NCBI RefSeq assembly: GCF_964188315.1
Contig: NC_135656.1
Coordinates: 62,868,001 to 62,932,000, forward strand
Source of the DNA: Podarcis muralis
Lineage: Eukaryota
Length of the DNA stretch: 64,000 bases
Direction of reading: 5' to 3'
Position numbers and translations under genes: made by a program. The notes below the pieces were generated by a model. That model did no database searches. It had not been told where the DNA came from and saw nothing but the letters and a program-made list of their open reading frames with translations. Below are positions 38,251 to 52,062 of the stretch, one piece after another. The number at the start of each line of letters is the position of its first letter. The first letter of the stretch is position 1.

Positions 38251-40844
38251 CTAGAAACAAAGAGAAAAAAGCAATGAGGCTGTTACCAATTAGGCGGCTC
38301 AATAAGGAAACAATATGCCATGTGCAGAATGTATACAATGATGGCACGTGGGAGGGCATGACCAGCAGTTGCTCCACACTTGTGGAGTTCTTCCCCCTGA
38401 AGGATTTCACTACAGCCCAGAACAGAACAATACAGACTCCAAAGCAGCCAGGTTTCAAGTTGCATCAGAGCACAGGTCAGCCAAGGTGGCTTAGCTGGCA
38501 TGAGCCAAGAGATATTCTTTAAGCTGCCAAGGCCAGACCTAGGTAGGCATTTTGGAACTACGGTGTTTGCCTCCACACTTTTGGAAATCTGGGAACCAAA
38601 ATGTATGGCAAGACTACATCTGGTAACACCTGTCAGGGTTAACCTTTGCAAAGTAGATTTGAGGCAGAGGTATTTAGACTGTTCAATGCATAAATGAAAC
38701 CACAATGGAAGTCAGAGCACTGCCCTTGAGCATTTGATGTTCCATCGCAAGGACTGAAAGGAAGGATGCCGGAAGCTCAAGGCCAAACAAGCCTTCCCTA
38801 TCCCTGATCATGGTGCTCAGGTTGTTTCAGGAGAAGACTATCGCCTCCCACAGTCAGAAAGTTGTGCATCATCTTTCAACGTGCCCCACTAGACAAAGAC
38901 TTAGAATCCTTCCTACAAAACTATTTTGGCTGCATGCAATACTGTTACTTTCCTTTTCACATGTGGTGCTGTGGCCAGTGTTTGGCCTCATATATGTCTG
39001 GAATCATATGGGGAAGCCTGTAAAAAAAGGTTTATGGACCTAGCACTGGTTTCCATGGCTGCAACTGCCACATCCATGGGAATTCCCATGCTCCTTCGTG
39101 TCACAGGTTCAGAGCTTCTCATGCGGGGAAGAAAATAATGGTGGGAAATGGGCCCCTAGATTTTGAAGAAAGCTTAAGAGATCTGAATATCCTAACTGCA
39201 CAGGCAATTCTTGAAATCAGTTTCTCCTTATCCCTTCCCCCACACTGATGAGTCAGTCTGGCTTCCTGACAGATGGCCAGAGCCCTTGGAGTTATTAATA
39301 GAGGCACTGCTCTGCCCAGAATTCTGCTCTTCTATTCATATTGCCAACTTGGTCTCACAATGACAGTTCCCTACTTGCACATCCACCCCTCTAGAAGTAT
39401 CAATGCACAAGGAGCTGAGGCACTGCTGCCCATCCTACACTAATCTCTCTGGAAGAACCTTCTGAAATATCTGTCCTGAGATTCCAGGACTTATGACACA
39501 TCACTTCACAATTATTCCTCTTTCTGCAGAAGGTTGGGAGAATGCTCTCATGTAACAAGATGTGAGAATGATAGATGTCATCTTCCCAGCATCTCCCACA
39601 CACATACCCAACTGGTTATTCAGAGGGAACAACCTCTGCAAACTCTATTTACATCTAGCTCAGGGATTCTAAGACTTTCCACCCCCCCCCAGACCCACTA
39701 GAAACAGCTGGAAATTACTGAGGACCCCCAGTGACAAAATGGCGGCAGATGGAGGCAGTTTGGCACAATCCATGCACAATTACCAACATCAGTTTCTACT
39801 GATAGCTAATCCATCTTTGGAAATGGCCAAATTTATTTGCCAGAGGGCTTTCCTTCCGGCAAGGAGTTGCACAGCTCAGTTTTCCTCAAGCAAAGTACAG
39901 ACATTTGCTGTGCAGATTTTGTGAATCACCCTCTTTATTTAGGCAGATTTTGCTGATCCGGAAGTGCTAAGTGAAGAAAGCTTCCCAGTTCCACATCCCT
40001 TTCCAAGTTTTTTTTACTCATTTCCCATTCTCCTTTCACAATGAACTGGTTCTTTATTTCCCCTGCAACCACCAGTTTCCTTCACGCTATACATTCACTT
40101 CCTCCTATAGCGGTGTCCCTCGCTTATCTACAGTACTTCCTTTCTATTCCCAGTTTATTATTTTAACCACCACCTTTTCCCTCACCTTAATTTCCTTTAA
40201 TACCCCCTGACTCTTTGCCCTCACCCCCCCCCCCCGTAACCTCTCTGGTCCTAAACACCACTGCAAGGAGTTGCTGGTGCTGGCATGGCAGGCAAGTGAG
40301 GAGGCACTGGGCAAGAAGTGGTTCTGGTAGGTCCTGGCTCACTGCTTGACAAACACAGACCTAGAGGATTTCAATCATGTAGGGATCACCAGGAAATGCA
40401 AAAGGAAAAGGAAAACCCACCCTTGAGAGTTTCCAGAGACACATGTGTCATGCGATATGTCCCTGAACAAATCCGTAAATAACTGCCTCGCCCTCAAAAT
40501 GGGAATTGGAAATCTTGTCTCCATAGTCCAAGTGCAACACACAGCCTAATTACGTTATGCTAGCTCTATGAACTGTACCAGATCTCTGGACTGGCTGTAC
40601 AAAAAGTGAAGGTCACGTTGATACATCCCAGCATTACTTCCGCAAAAATCACTTGCATGTAGGGAAACCACATAAGCCTATGATAAGTGGCTCACACTTC
40701 CTCCAACAGAGCCCAGAGCCTGTTAAGCATAACAACTAAATTGCATCAATAAATGAAAACCAATACGAAGTTAAAATACTGCCCTATCAAATTGACAAGA
40801 TCTGGGTAAAGAGATCTGGGCAACTCCAAGAGGAGATTGTTGGG

Positions 40845-41040
40845 ACTAGGACCTGGGAGAGCAGGGTTTGAATCCCCACTCAGCCATGAAGCTCATTTGG
40901 TGACCTTGGGCCAGTCACCATCTCTTAGCCTAATCTACCTCACAGGGTTGTTGTGAGAATGAAATGGAGAGGAGAACCACAAGTACACCACCTAGAGATC
41001 ATTGGGAGATAAAGCTGGAATATAAATTAATAAATAAATC
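40845..41040 (+). mobile_element. Diverged Squam3/MIR-like SINE
   Basis: GGGTTTGAATCCCCACTCAGCCATGAAGCTC...TGACCTTGGGCCAGTCAC...CTACCTCACAGGGTTGTTGTGAG and an AATAAATAAA tail. Confidence 0.65.
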
Positions 41041-44000
41041 TATACAAAGAAGGCCTTTTTTGCTCCTGCTCAGGGTTGAGATGGGATAAGGCACATTTTC
41101 CCAGCTGCTAGGAAAGCACAACATGCCTAATAGTCCAGCTTTAAGAAAAGGCATGTGACAACAAATGTGTAACAGCACATTTGTTGCACTAGAAATTGAT
41201 TGGGAAAGCATCTGGAATAAACAGATTCTCAGGAAACAGAATCTGCATGACCTAAGCAGCAGCTTCCAAGTCTTATAGTTTTGGCGTTCCATTTTCATGC
41301 ATTTTTAGAAACGGATAAGACTCCCCAAAGTGCATCTGTGCTTGTCACAAGATACCAACACAGATTCCTGTAACTTGAGTACAGAATGTCCTCTTTGTGC
41401 CATTTGTATGGTGGGTTTTTTTAAAAAAATATCACCTGCCGCAGAAGAGACTGTGTTCTTAGGCACTATTATTCTACTACTGACAGATGCCCCTTCTTTT
41501 TTGGCCACAAAGTTAGGCCTTTTGTTTAGCATTCAGCTGTGCTTTAACAAATTTCATTCCATCGTTTCATTATTCAACAGAATTACAAAAAATAAACAAA
41601 ACCCCAAAATCCAAACCCCACACATTCGGAACCCAATTACGTTATAATACCAGCTTGGTATGGGGAGGAAAAAAAGAAAAATACCTCCAGCTACAAGTTT
41701 GAAGTATTGGAATAAAAGTTGGTATGCATCTTTGGGAGGTCCATTACCTATTTTCATGTTTCAGCAGCAGCATGCCCCAAGAACTGATTTTCAAGGATAT
41801 AAATGGTATTACTATGCAGCATCTCCCTTGCCATGCACTCAGATCTCAGAATGAAAACTAGCGTGTTCATTTATAAAACTTAATCAACCCTCATGCTCAT
41901 ATACGGGGGCAGAGGGAGAAGATGGTATTATCGACGAAAGCAGATAGTATCTTATTGAACTTTATGTTTTGGTTATAAGTTACTTAACCAAAGAACACCA
42001 GACAAACAAACTAGTAGATACTAGTGGTTCAGGGTGCATCTACCAAGTTCCACAGTCCATAGTTCCCTTTTGTCCTTGCTGATCCATATCATTGATCGAG
42101 GAAGTGGTGGGCAAGCGCTGACCGCACAATCTGCATGGCTGTCCACATATGGAGCCAATGCCCACTATTCCATCAACTTTAAGCATTTCCTGTTTCTGAA
42201 ATTGCCATAGATGTTTAAAGGGTCGTTAACTTTCGGCCTCCAAATGTCTTTTTGTTTCCATCTTTGGAAAGAGAGTTAGGCAACAAAAAAGACTGCATGA
42301 CAAGAATTGCCCCCTGGAAGGTGTGTCAAAAACAGCAGCTGTGTGGGGCTTCCATTGGCACCTGCCCTGGGTGATTTCCTCTAAGACTCCCTGAAATATT
42401 TATCAGGGCCCCAGAGCTATTCAAAGTGCATCAGAGCAAAGTTGGGGGGATGCCCACGGTGTGCTGTCAAAATGATTTTCTGCCTGTGGGGAGTTTCTCC
42501 TGCATGGCAGCTTCTGGGTTCTAAACATATGAAGTGCCAGGGTGCTTTTTTTTGCAGCTTGTCACCCTGTGTGGCAATTAACTAACATAGCAGAAACAGG
42601 GCCATCTATAGAATGAAGCAACATTGTATTTTTTATTTATTTAAAAAATGCCATCAAGAAACATATGTCAATGGGCCAGAGAGGGAAATGCGCAGGAACC
42701 CGTTGTTGCAAAGTAACAGAAAGGATTATGAAGGTCCAGTCGATTATCTCAGACTACACTTGCACCTGACTAAACTTAGGCTGCAGTTTTTTCCAGAGAG
42801 ATAAACGAAGATTCACTGCTAGTGGCGTGTACACTAATATCACTTTCATCTCTAGAAAGTAGGTTTATGCAAGGTTTTGCTGTTTCTAAAACCTACAGCT
42901 CACAGCCCCCTTTTAAAGCATAGGCCAGCCTTTGACAACCTGATGCTCTCCAGTTGCTTTGGACTACAACTACCATCAGCCCAGTGACCCAATCTAGTAG
43001 GCTTAGGCTCTACTGCCCTTTAGATGATGGGTGGTACAGCTGAAGCCTTCTTTTCCTTGCCAATGCCAGGTTCAGCCCAAGACATGCTTTCCAGGATGCA
43101 AAATCCACATAGTGTCCTCACTCACCCTGCCCAGTTCACTGATGTTCTTTCACTGCCAACTGGTAGGTTACATATTGCTGCTGGTGTAGCCCAGTTAAAT
43201 ACATTTAATAAACTGTAATAATCCATCACATTAAGAGACATTCAAACCTCAACTGTTCCACGTGTACAAATGGTACAAAGCACTTGTTCTTCTATTTCCC
43301 CCCAGAAGGCGTGCCACTATGATGATGCAACGTAGAATGAACTGTCTCAGAACACATTAAACCATTGGAGTCTTTCAAATTATGCCCACACGAAAAGAAG
43401 AGAAATTCACAACTGCTGGCATCCTTTTTACGGTGAGAGTGTTCATTTAGACTCAGAACCAAAGCATGTATGAAAAAGAGCCTGGCCACATCATCCAGCA
43501 ATACCCACTGGCACATCTACCCTGACCAATATCCTCTGCATGACAAAAAAAATTATTAAGTACAGTACCAAGAGAAAATCAATTAAGTAGTATTACATTT
43601 AGACTGATTTCACACACAGATGCTTGGCACTTACTGATTTCACAACCCAGGAGATCTTTAAATGTCATCCTAGTCGTGCAGGTGCCAGCTTTCTGGAAGC
43701 AGCATCCTTGTTGCTTGCATAATATTTAAGTGACCCAATCATGCGCAACCCAGTCAGGTCATTGGCAGCCTCACTCCTGTGTCCACGTTGTTTAATCATT
43801 ACTCCAGCAGCCACCCAGGAGCCACCCAGGCAAAAGCAGCTCCCACACATCTCAGGCAATGTTTAAAGGAAGATTTCGCTTCAGATTTATTTAACGTGGC
43901 AACCCCCTCTCTTTTCAAAAAGAAAAAAGAATCAGTTTTGGACTGACTCTGTTCACAATGCTAAAGGTGGTTCCCAGCCCCTTATTCTAAATAGCACATG

Positions 44001-44180
44001 TAGTGAGAGCCCAATTAATGAACTCCCTCTTTGCTCCTCCTTTTGCAGCCCTACTGCCTCTCTCAGCTGCCCCCACAGCAAACCCCTAAACACAGCAAAC
44101 CCCTAAAGTGGTGCACTCAGAACAAGGCCTCGACTCAGCCCCTCAATTAAGATGCCCTTGCAGCCGAATATCCCCTAACA

Positions 44181-44317
44181 CAGGCTTCCTCAACCTCAGC
44201 CCTCCAGATGTTTTGAGACTACAGTTCCCACCATCCCTGACCACTGGTCCTGCTAGCTAGGGATCATGGGAGTTGTAGGCCAAAAAACATCTGGAGGGCT
44301 GAGGTTGAGGAAGCCTG
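44181..44317. mobile_element. Palindromic hAT MITE
   Basis: TIR CAGGCTTCCTCAACCTCAGCCCTCCAGATGTTTT at both ends; perfect 8-bp TSD CCCTAACA (44173-44180, 44318-44325). Confidence 0.92.
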
Positions 44318-44775
44318 CCCTAACACATCTGCTATGGAAGCCTCTGGAAATCTGAACTACATCTACTTTTATTGACTGAACGAACAGAGCTCCTCTCTTC
44401 CCACCTTTTCTGCTTCATTTTCTATTCCCCCCCCCCAGCTCATTCATCCTACTCTGTCTGCACTGTAGAGATTTCATTTTTGGAATTTAGCATACATCTG
44501 CTTTTTGTTTAGCTCCAACGCTGGCTGCAGGAAGAAAGAATGTAAACTGTGCTCAAGATCGTATTCTCAGAAACAAACCACAGCTGCAAGGAGAAAGATT
44601 CGTTCCTTCACTCCTGATATCAAAAGCCTGAGTGACCTTCCCTCATTAGCAGGGTGTTGCAAGATTAGAAACAAGAGATGCCCACCTAGGTTATCACACC
44701 AAGGCAAAATTGTCAGTATGGTGGTTGTCACCAACCTGAAGTATCTTAAGCGAGCAGGAACTGAAAATGCCTTAC

Positions 44776-44793
44776 CTTTCCTCTGCTTGACAT
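44776..44793 (-). CDS. ANXA6: Annexin A6 exon 2 coding part (MSSRGK); exon probably spans 44776-44831
   Basis: ATG TCA AGC AGA GGA AAG|GTAAGG gives 18 coding nt like human MAKPAQ, in phase with exon 3; pyrimidine-tract acceptor TCTCCTTTTCTTCTGTGATGCAG at 44832. Confidence 0.75.
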
Positions 44794-45092
44794 GACTTCT
44801 AGATCAGTATTAACAGAAGAGGTGGTGGATGCTGCATCACAGAAGAAAAGGAGATATATTAACCATGTGGATGGCAACAACAACAAAAAAAATCCTTTAA
44901 TTTTATTATTCTGATGGACCTAAACTTCAGCATACTCCACACAGGAAACACAAGAAGCTGCTTGGTTCACCCAACTCCAACTATACTGAGAGCAGGTCTC
45001 TAAGAATACATTTCTGCCTCCCAGTATTAACAATAAACTACGATGAACAAAACTGTGATACAAAATAAATATTCTAATTGCTCTATAATACA

Positions 45093-45134
<42 letters not shown>
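45093..45134. repeat. Compound (CT)n(AT)n microsatellite
   Basis: Seen directly. Confidence 0.95.
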
Positions 45135-45135
<1 letters not shown>

Positions 45136-45775
45136 AAATTTAACATAAAATGACAGTACAGCTTCTATGAAAAGTCAAAACTCACTTAAATGTGCTTTCA
45201 CTTAAATGTGCCATACTGAAGATATCAGGGGTGGAACCTGGGGCTTCTGCATGCAAAAGGTGTGCTCCAACACTGAACCATCCTCAGGGGATGCTCCTAT
45301 GTAAAACTCACCCTTTTGGGGAGGGAGATATATTGAACTTTATGGTACATCAGAAACTGGCCCCTATAGCACCACCCACCAGTTTCCCTGCAAGACCATC
45401 CTTGGGCTGGGCTTGGTGAACATCACAGCTCTCAGCCACGACTTTGACGGCGGAGGGAGGGTGGGAGGCCCACATCAAAAAGATTGTGAGCACAGTCCAG
45501 CTCGCCAATGAGTGGAGGCATTCCAGCTAGTAAAAATGTACGCGAGCTCCTTGCAGACATCTCATCTCTGCACTGCGGTCTGTCTACTGGGCTGAGTTCC
45601 AGTAAGAAAGTAACCCTTTAGTATTCGGGAAGCATGCTACAGAGTACCTAAAGCAAGACAAAGGAGCCAAGGGCTGCTTTGGGCATTATGTTTTAATACG
45701 TGCTTTCGAATAGTTCTTACATACAAACACATAATTGGGGCATGCAGTAAGATACGCACACATCACAGCGTAAAT

Positions 45776-46022
45776 CAGGGGTCAGCAAATTTTTCGGCAG
45801 GGGTCTGGTCCACTGTCCCTCAGTCCTTGGGGAGTAGGACTATATTTTGATTTTAAAAAATGAACAAATTCCTATGCCCCACAAATAACCCAAGATGCAT
45901 TTTAATTAAAAGGACACATTCTACTCATGTAAAAACATGCTGATTCCCGGACCGTCTGCGGGCTGGATTTAGAAGGCAATTGGGCTGGATCCGGCCCCCG
46001 GACCTTAGTTTGCCTACCCATG
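45776..46022. mobile_element. hAT-type MITE
   Basis: Termini CAGGGGTCAGCAAA / TTTGCCTACCCATG; TSD GCGTAAAT / GCATAAAT (7 of 8 match). Confidence 0.8.
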
Positions 46023-49000
46023 GCATAAATCGTACAAGTACATAACAAGGAGACCTAGATGGGTCACAGATCTCTGACTTGCATATATAATGGGAAGGAC
46101 ACCTGCCATTATATATGGGCTCTGGGTGGTGACACCAAGCTTTGTTTCTCCATGACCTCAGAAGCAGTTTGCTGCAAGGGGCGGAGCCACTGCACTTGTT
46201 TCCCAGCTGCTTACAAGGAAGGAGAGGGGTAGGGTGGTGGTGGGACTGGTATGGTGAAAGACCGGCTGGTCACAGCAGTAACTGCCTGATTAGGTTACTG
46301 CAGTGGGCTCTCCATGAAGCTGCCCTAGAAGATAGCACAGCAGTTGCAGCTAGCGTAGAATGTGGCAGCTGCCAGTAGTCTCATATAGAACCCCTGTATC
46401 CAAACATTCCTGATGTGCTGGCGGGCGGGGAGTTTGTTTCCCATCTGCATCCCATCTCCACATAAATTGGAGACATGGGAAAGAGCCAAGTGACACGTCT
46501 GTTACAGAATGGTCCTCCCTTGAAGGCCCAGATAACACTAACATTGGGTATATTTTGCACCAAATTAAAATCAGAGTGAGGACAATACAACCTGCCTTCT
46601 CTTTGCTGCTGCATCACACAGCTGGAGGGGAAGGGGCTGGGGCAGGAGAATAGTGCCAAGCAAGAGTGTGGTCTCTGCTTACAGTAAGTTGAACAAATTA
46701 TTTGCCTTGTTCACAGGCCCCACAGTGAAGGACTATGAAAAGATAACCTGCCTCTTTGCAGCTTTGGAAACACAGCCGCAAAGCCAGGGATGCTGTTTCA
46801 ACTTATCCCTAGTTGAAGGCTACATACGTAGAGATTTGTACATGATCAGTGGTACTAACACTTCATCATTTGTCCACGCAGACCCTACGAAAGCTGGAAT
46901 ATATTGAACAAAAATCGGTGTGAAAGGGAACACATTGGGAATGACGATGGTTCTGAGGCTAGATATGAGGTGGGGAAGCTTTTCAACCTGAAGGAACAAA
47001 TGGATGCAACCATCACTTTTTTATCGTAGGTTACATCCCAGCAGCAATGCAGAAAGGCAGAGGCTTCTACACAAGCACACATACACACTGCCTTGCTTCA
47101 GGCAGGCAAGAGGCACTGTGTCACAGTTCAAGGACACACTGCAGCCACACAAAAGTACTCAAAGAGGATGTGGCCTGGGGAGGGGCCCAGGGTAGACGAA
47201 CAGAAAGCAACCAAGACAAGATCATGAACGGCAGCAACTGACACACACATCCATGGCTAAGGAGAAGGGCCTGTGGGAGGGGCATATCCATGCAATACTT
47301 TAGCCTGGATCAATAACCATTCTGCACCTCAGTGTTTCTAAGAGCTAAGAGGACACAGTCCTATTGCTCTTAGTAGAATCTTAGAATGTTGTGGTTATGA
47401 CAGTAATGCTTATTTGGCAAAATTTATACACTGATGGATTGCTTTAAAAAAAATATCTTAACATTGTGGTGTGATTGAAGCATGCCCCATTTCCTGTCCC
47501 AGTACCCAAGGAGCTCACATCCGGTGTATGCAAAATTTTGGGTGCACCGTGTATAAAGTCTCCAGATTGAAAGTTTGCTTTCACCCTGCCATGAAAATGA
47601 GATTTCCCCCCTCCATCCTGGGGCCAAGGGAGTGGGGGGAGATCACATACATTCAGACAAAGATGCACAGAATAATGACAGGAGTGAAGGGTGGCAAGCA
47701 TACTCTGATGACTAATAACTCTACTTCATTTGACTCTGGAAAGAACAAGTGATGGGTACACAGTTCTTAGCCCAGACATTTTGTACCGACTCAAAATAAG
47801 AAGGGCACACCAGTACCAACCCCCCAAGTTTGTGCAGTACTAGGTTTCCAAAGAACTGCAAGGTTTTCCCCCATCTCTGGTGATGGTGTCATTTTGTCTC
47901 TATGACAATAGCTTTTAAAGATCAAACAGACAAAGGCATTTACAACCAGCGGACTTCAGTTGCCTAAAAGCAAATACACGCTATTGAATGGAAAAGTGGT
48001 GAAAGAGAGTACAAGCAGCAGCAAATGTTTAGTTCTGCAACACATCTAAGGGTAGTCGGTAAGAAGAAATTCAGTTTGTGCAAAAATGGGGCCTATATGC
48101 CATCCCTGAAAACTGCTCTTCAAGCCTAGCATCTCAGCCTTATTGCATGTGCATGATAAAATGTTCCAGTTAGCAGAAGCACTACAGTATTCTGTAGTAG
48201 ATGAAGCTTCTGGACCAGCTGTAAGGGCAACTCCAGGAAGAGAGCATTACAGTAACCTAATATTAAGGTTACCAATGCATGGATCCCTCTGCCCAGGAAT
48301 GGTCATCACTGGCAAACCAACTGAATCTAGTAAAAGGTTAGGGAAGGCCTTTATTTTGTAGGAGCTTAAAAGAAAAACATTTTGAAACCACCACATGACA
48401 AATGATTTACTAGAGCGAATGAATGAGATTGCAATGCACCCATGTCTCTGAATGGAAAACAGAATGAACAAATAGCCTGTTAACATTTTGAGAACCGTTA
48501 GGATCTCTTGAGGAAGCAGCAAGGTAGCCTGTTCTCTTCTTTAGTGGCTTCCTAAAAATTGCCTTGCCTTCTCCACTCTTGAAAGAGTGTGCCTGGTGGG
48601 TTAAACATAAAGGCAGCTTGCTCACGCGTCTAACCTTTCCTCACAACAGCTAGAAATCTGTATTTTCAGGTATATATTTTCTTGCTCCATGAATCCAAAA
48701 CAGCATGAGCTGAGGGCTATTTTTAAACACTGTAAGCAGTATGCTGTGAAGGCAGTTATTAAGCACTAACACTCACACTGTAGCCTGCATCAGAAACATT
48801 TCATTCCCAATTTAAACAAATAGCCTATAGCAGAATCCAAAAACATCTATTCAGAAGAAAGCCTCACTGAGTTCAATGGGGTTTATTCCCAGATAGCAGC
48901 ATAGAACAGCAGCCTAAAAGTCATTCCAGAAACAATATGGCACAGGCAAGCCCCACCCAGTCCGAAGGAAATAAGGGCTTTTACAAGGCTGGGTAGATCT

Positions 49001-49801
49001 CATAGCTGTAGCACACAGCGTACATCTGCCAAGGGCCTTCCTTTAAGACCCCAGTTGCCAACATAATAGAAATACTTAGGTTCTCAAAAACAGCAGAATC
49101 CGATACATATTTATGCAGAAGTAAGATCCACAGGAGGGCTTACTCCATTGTGCAATTGTCTTCAGGGTTGAAGAAGACTTAAAATCAATACACGAAACAG
49201 ACTAAAAGCAAAATATTTTAAATGCTACAGTTTGTGCTCACATGATTTTTGAGGAACGACTCGTGACTATTTAAGCCTTAGCTATCCAATCCTATTTTTG
49301 TTCAGGATACTACATACATTCTATTAAAATCAGATCAGAAGTCACAAAAATGGTCACTGCCCGCACCTAAAATAGAAAAAGCCCCAAACATTTCCATGCG
49401 CTTGGACCCAGCCCTGCCTGTCCTGAATCATAAGGACATGATTTTCCTCCTGCAACTTCTCATCAAGACAGGAATCATATATAAAACTTTACTCATATTT
49501 TATTAATTAAGAAAAGCAGACATACCTCCCTCCCCACAGGAAAATTGGTAACAGTTTAAACATATGCCTAACATTTTATGCCAACATGTGTTTTGGGGGG
49601 AGTGGGTTACTTTGGAAAAAAGATTCTTACATTATTGATTTGCTACCAGTTTCACTCTCTGGGTCCATAGCGCCAACATTCCTAATAGCATTTTGCCTTA
49701 CAAATATGGATTAGCGTTATGAATACAGCTTTGGCGTGGTGCTCAACTTCTTCTGCTCCTATGCTGCATCTACTGGTGGTCAAAGACTGTAGACAGACAG
49801 A

Positions 49802-49920
49802 CATGGGCGTAGCCAGGGAGGCAGGGGACATCTGCCCCTCTAAATCCATCAAAATCAATACAAATCTGAGGTTCTGCCCCCCCCAAAGCCTGCCCACCCC
49901 CAATCCTGGCTACGCCCATG
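49802..49920. mobile_element. hAT-type MITE
   Basis: Perfect 16-bp TIR CATGGGCGTAGCCAGG; 8-bp TSD CAGACAGA. Confidence 0.9.
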
Positions 49921-50435
49921 CAGACAGACAAGACAGCCAAAACCACCACTGCAGCTCAATCCAAGACTAGTATTTGGGGCAGTGCTAGAAACTGAGATAG
50001 AAAAGCCAGGTGCGAAAAGGCACTAGGTTTTCAGCTGGCACATTTTTTTCTTCTCCACGATTGCAAAGCAAATGAAGACAAGATGGGGAATTTAGCTAAA
50101 AATGGAACAAACGTGCACAAAAGACAAGTCCTTTTAGAACAAAGACGCCATCGAGTGCCAAAGCAGCCTAAAGAGATGGGGCTGCAGTTTCACCCCAGCA
50201 AAAGTAGAAACCGAACCTCTTTGACTCAAATAGATCAGGCAGTTTGCCAAAACTGGATCTGCCAGGGCCACACCCACCGGCTTCTACAAAGAGCCAAGTC
50301 ATTGAAAACTCAAGGCAAGTTTCCTAGCTAGTGAGGAGCTTGTACTATGCGGCTCCTGAGGGCTTGCATTGCAAAGCAGAAAGCCATATGTACTTCTTAA
50401 GAGAGAGAAAGTCTGGCTTTAAACGGGCAACGAAA

Positions 50436-50920
50436 GTGAGTGAAGAGATACCAAGGGAAGATAAAAGACTGTTTATGTATGCAACAACAGCAGCAAGAAT
50501 TATTTTAGCCCAAAAATGGAAAGAACAAGAAGTAGCAAAGAAAGAAGAGTAGCAGTTGAAAACGATGGACTTTGCAGAGCTATCGAAGTTGATGGGAAAA
50601 ATCCGAAACCAGCAGGATCAAAAGGACTGGTGTGAATTTATACGATATTTGGAAGATTATTGTAAGCAATTAACATCCCTAGCAGGGTTGACTGAAGACT
50701 TGTCGTGAGAAATATTCTCCCTTTTTATATTTATTTAAACTTGGGGGTATTTTGTAATGAGTGCAACTAGAATTGGAAAACGTAGACAATGCAATGATAT
50801 AAAGGTTAATTTTGAAAGCCACGAGGCGGGAGGGAAGGAGGTCCGTGAGCGGTAAAGTGAATCATAATGATGTGATTGTGTATTATTAAATGGAAAACTA
50901 ATAAAATTATATAAAATAAA
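50436..50920 (+). mobile_element. 5'-truncated L1 insertion
   Basis: Encodes RLFMYATTAARIILAQKWKEQEV; A-rich tail; 16-bp TSD TAAACGGGCAACGAAA at 50420-50435 and 50921-50936. Confidence 0.9.
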
Positions 50921-50929
50921 TAAACGGGC

Positions 50930-51440
50930 AACGAAACGCAGCACCACACCATTCTGGCGGGATCTTGGAAGGATGCTAATGTATTCCTTCCATCTCCCCC
51001 AGCTCACCTCACCCCGCTCCCCTTTCCCAGCAAGCTAGGGCTGCCCCCGTTTCTTGCCCCCCGTTATTAACTTACTTTACGGGCACCAGGAGGCCTCTTC
51101 TGCTAGAGCCGTTAGGAAGAAGCGCCTCCGTCGGTGCGCAGCCAGGCCGCGGGGCACTCGAGACGCCGGAGGAAAGGCTGACCTCGAAGCGCCGCAGCTG
51201 TTTCCTTTCCCTCGCCTCGGCTCCGCTCGAGTAGCGACGTCACGCGCTCCGGAGCCGCCCAGTCCCGGGCTGCCTCCCTCCCTCCCTCCCTCTCGCCCTG
51301 GCCGCCTCCTCAGGTGGGCGACGGAGCGACGCCCGCTGCAGAGGAGGACCCTGGCTGACGCAGGCGCCGCAGGGAGGTGGGAAGGGGGGACTCCCCAAAT
51401 GGGGCGTCGTTTCAGCTTGCATCTCTCTCCTGCCAGACGG
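50930..51440. promoter_or_regulatory. ANXA6: CpG-island promoter / first exon region of ANXA6 (possibly bidirectional)
   Basis: CpG-dense; CRE-like GACGTCA at about 51236-51242; minus-strand donor candidates GTAAGT (51070-51075) and GAG|GTCAGC (about 51183); about 6.3 kb upstream of exon 2. Confidence 0.7.
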
Positions 51441-51597
51441 TAGCGGCTGGATCACCTTGGCTTGGGTGTTTAGCAAAGGGAGGCAGAGGAGGGAGCTACT
51501 TAAGGCTCAGGTTTATACGCACGTACGTGGGAATATATTCTGGCGCACGCTCAGATTTACTCCTGAGTAAACGTGCATAGGATGAGGTTGCGCAGCT

Positions 51598-51842
51598 TCT
51601 GCTTTTTTGGCGATCACTCGTAGCCGAGTAAGATTGTCTTCCATGAACACGGTTTTGACAAAATAAAATTCCTTCCAGTAGCACTTTAGAGACCAATTCA
51701 GTTTGTTATTGGTATGAGCTTTCGTGTGCATGCACACTGTGGAAGCCAGTTCTGGATCCACACGTCCTTCCACAGTGTGGACATTGGTTTCTGGGCGGGA
51801 GTGGATTTGCCAAACCTGCCTTCCTCTTAGCATGTTTCTCCC
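51598..51842 (-). mobile_element. RTE-clade LINE 3' end, interrupted by a Penelope fragment
   Basis: Minus strand translates NQCPHCGRTCGSRTGFHS (CCHH finger); homologous to 16925-17165. Confidence 0.7.
51660..51737 (-). mobile_element. Penelope-like element fragment with partial hammerhead motif
   Basis: GTAGCACTTTAGAGACCAATTCAGTTTGTTATTGGTATGAGCTTTCGTGTGCATGCACAC matches the reptile Penelope terminal repeat as recalled; absent from the homologous RTE copy at 16.9 kb. Confidence 0.65.
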
Positions 51843-51846
51843 TTTA

Positions 51847-52062
51847 CAGTGGTACCTCGGGTTAAGAACTTAATTCGTTCCGGAGGTCCATTCTTAACCT
51901 GAAACTGTTCTTAACCTGAAGCACCACTTTGGCTAATGGGGCCTCCCGCTGCCACCATGTGATTTCTGTTCTCATCCTGAAGCAAAGTTCTTAACCTGAG
52001 GTACTATTTCTGGGTTAGCGGAGTCTGTAACCTGAAGCGTCTGTGACCCCAAGGTACCACTG
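51847..52062. mobile_element. Tc1/mariner-type MITE
   Basis: TIR CAGTGGTACCT; TA duplication at 51845-51846 and 52063-52064. Confidence 0.9.

Noticed and set aside
51054-51443. 129-aa Arg/Pro/Gly-rich ORF
   Set aside because: Stop-codon depletion caused by the GC-rich CpG island.
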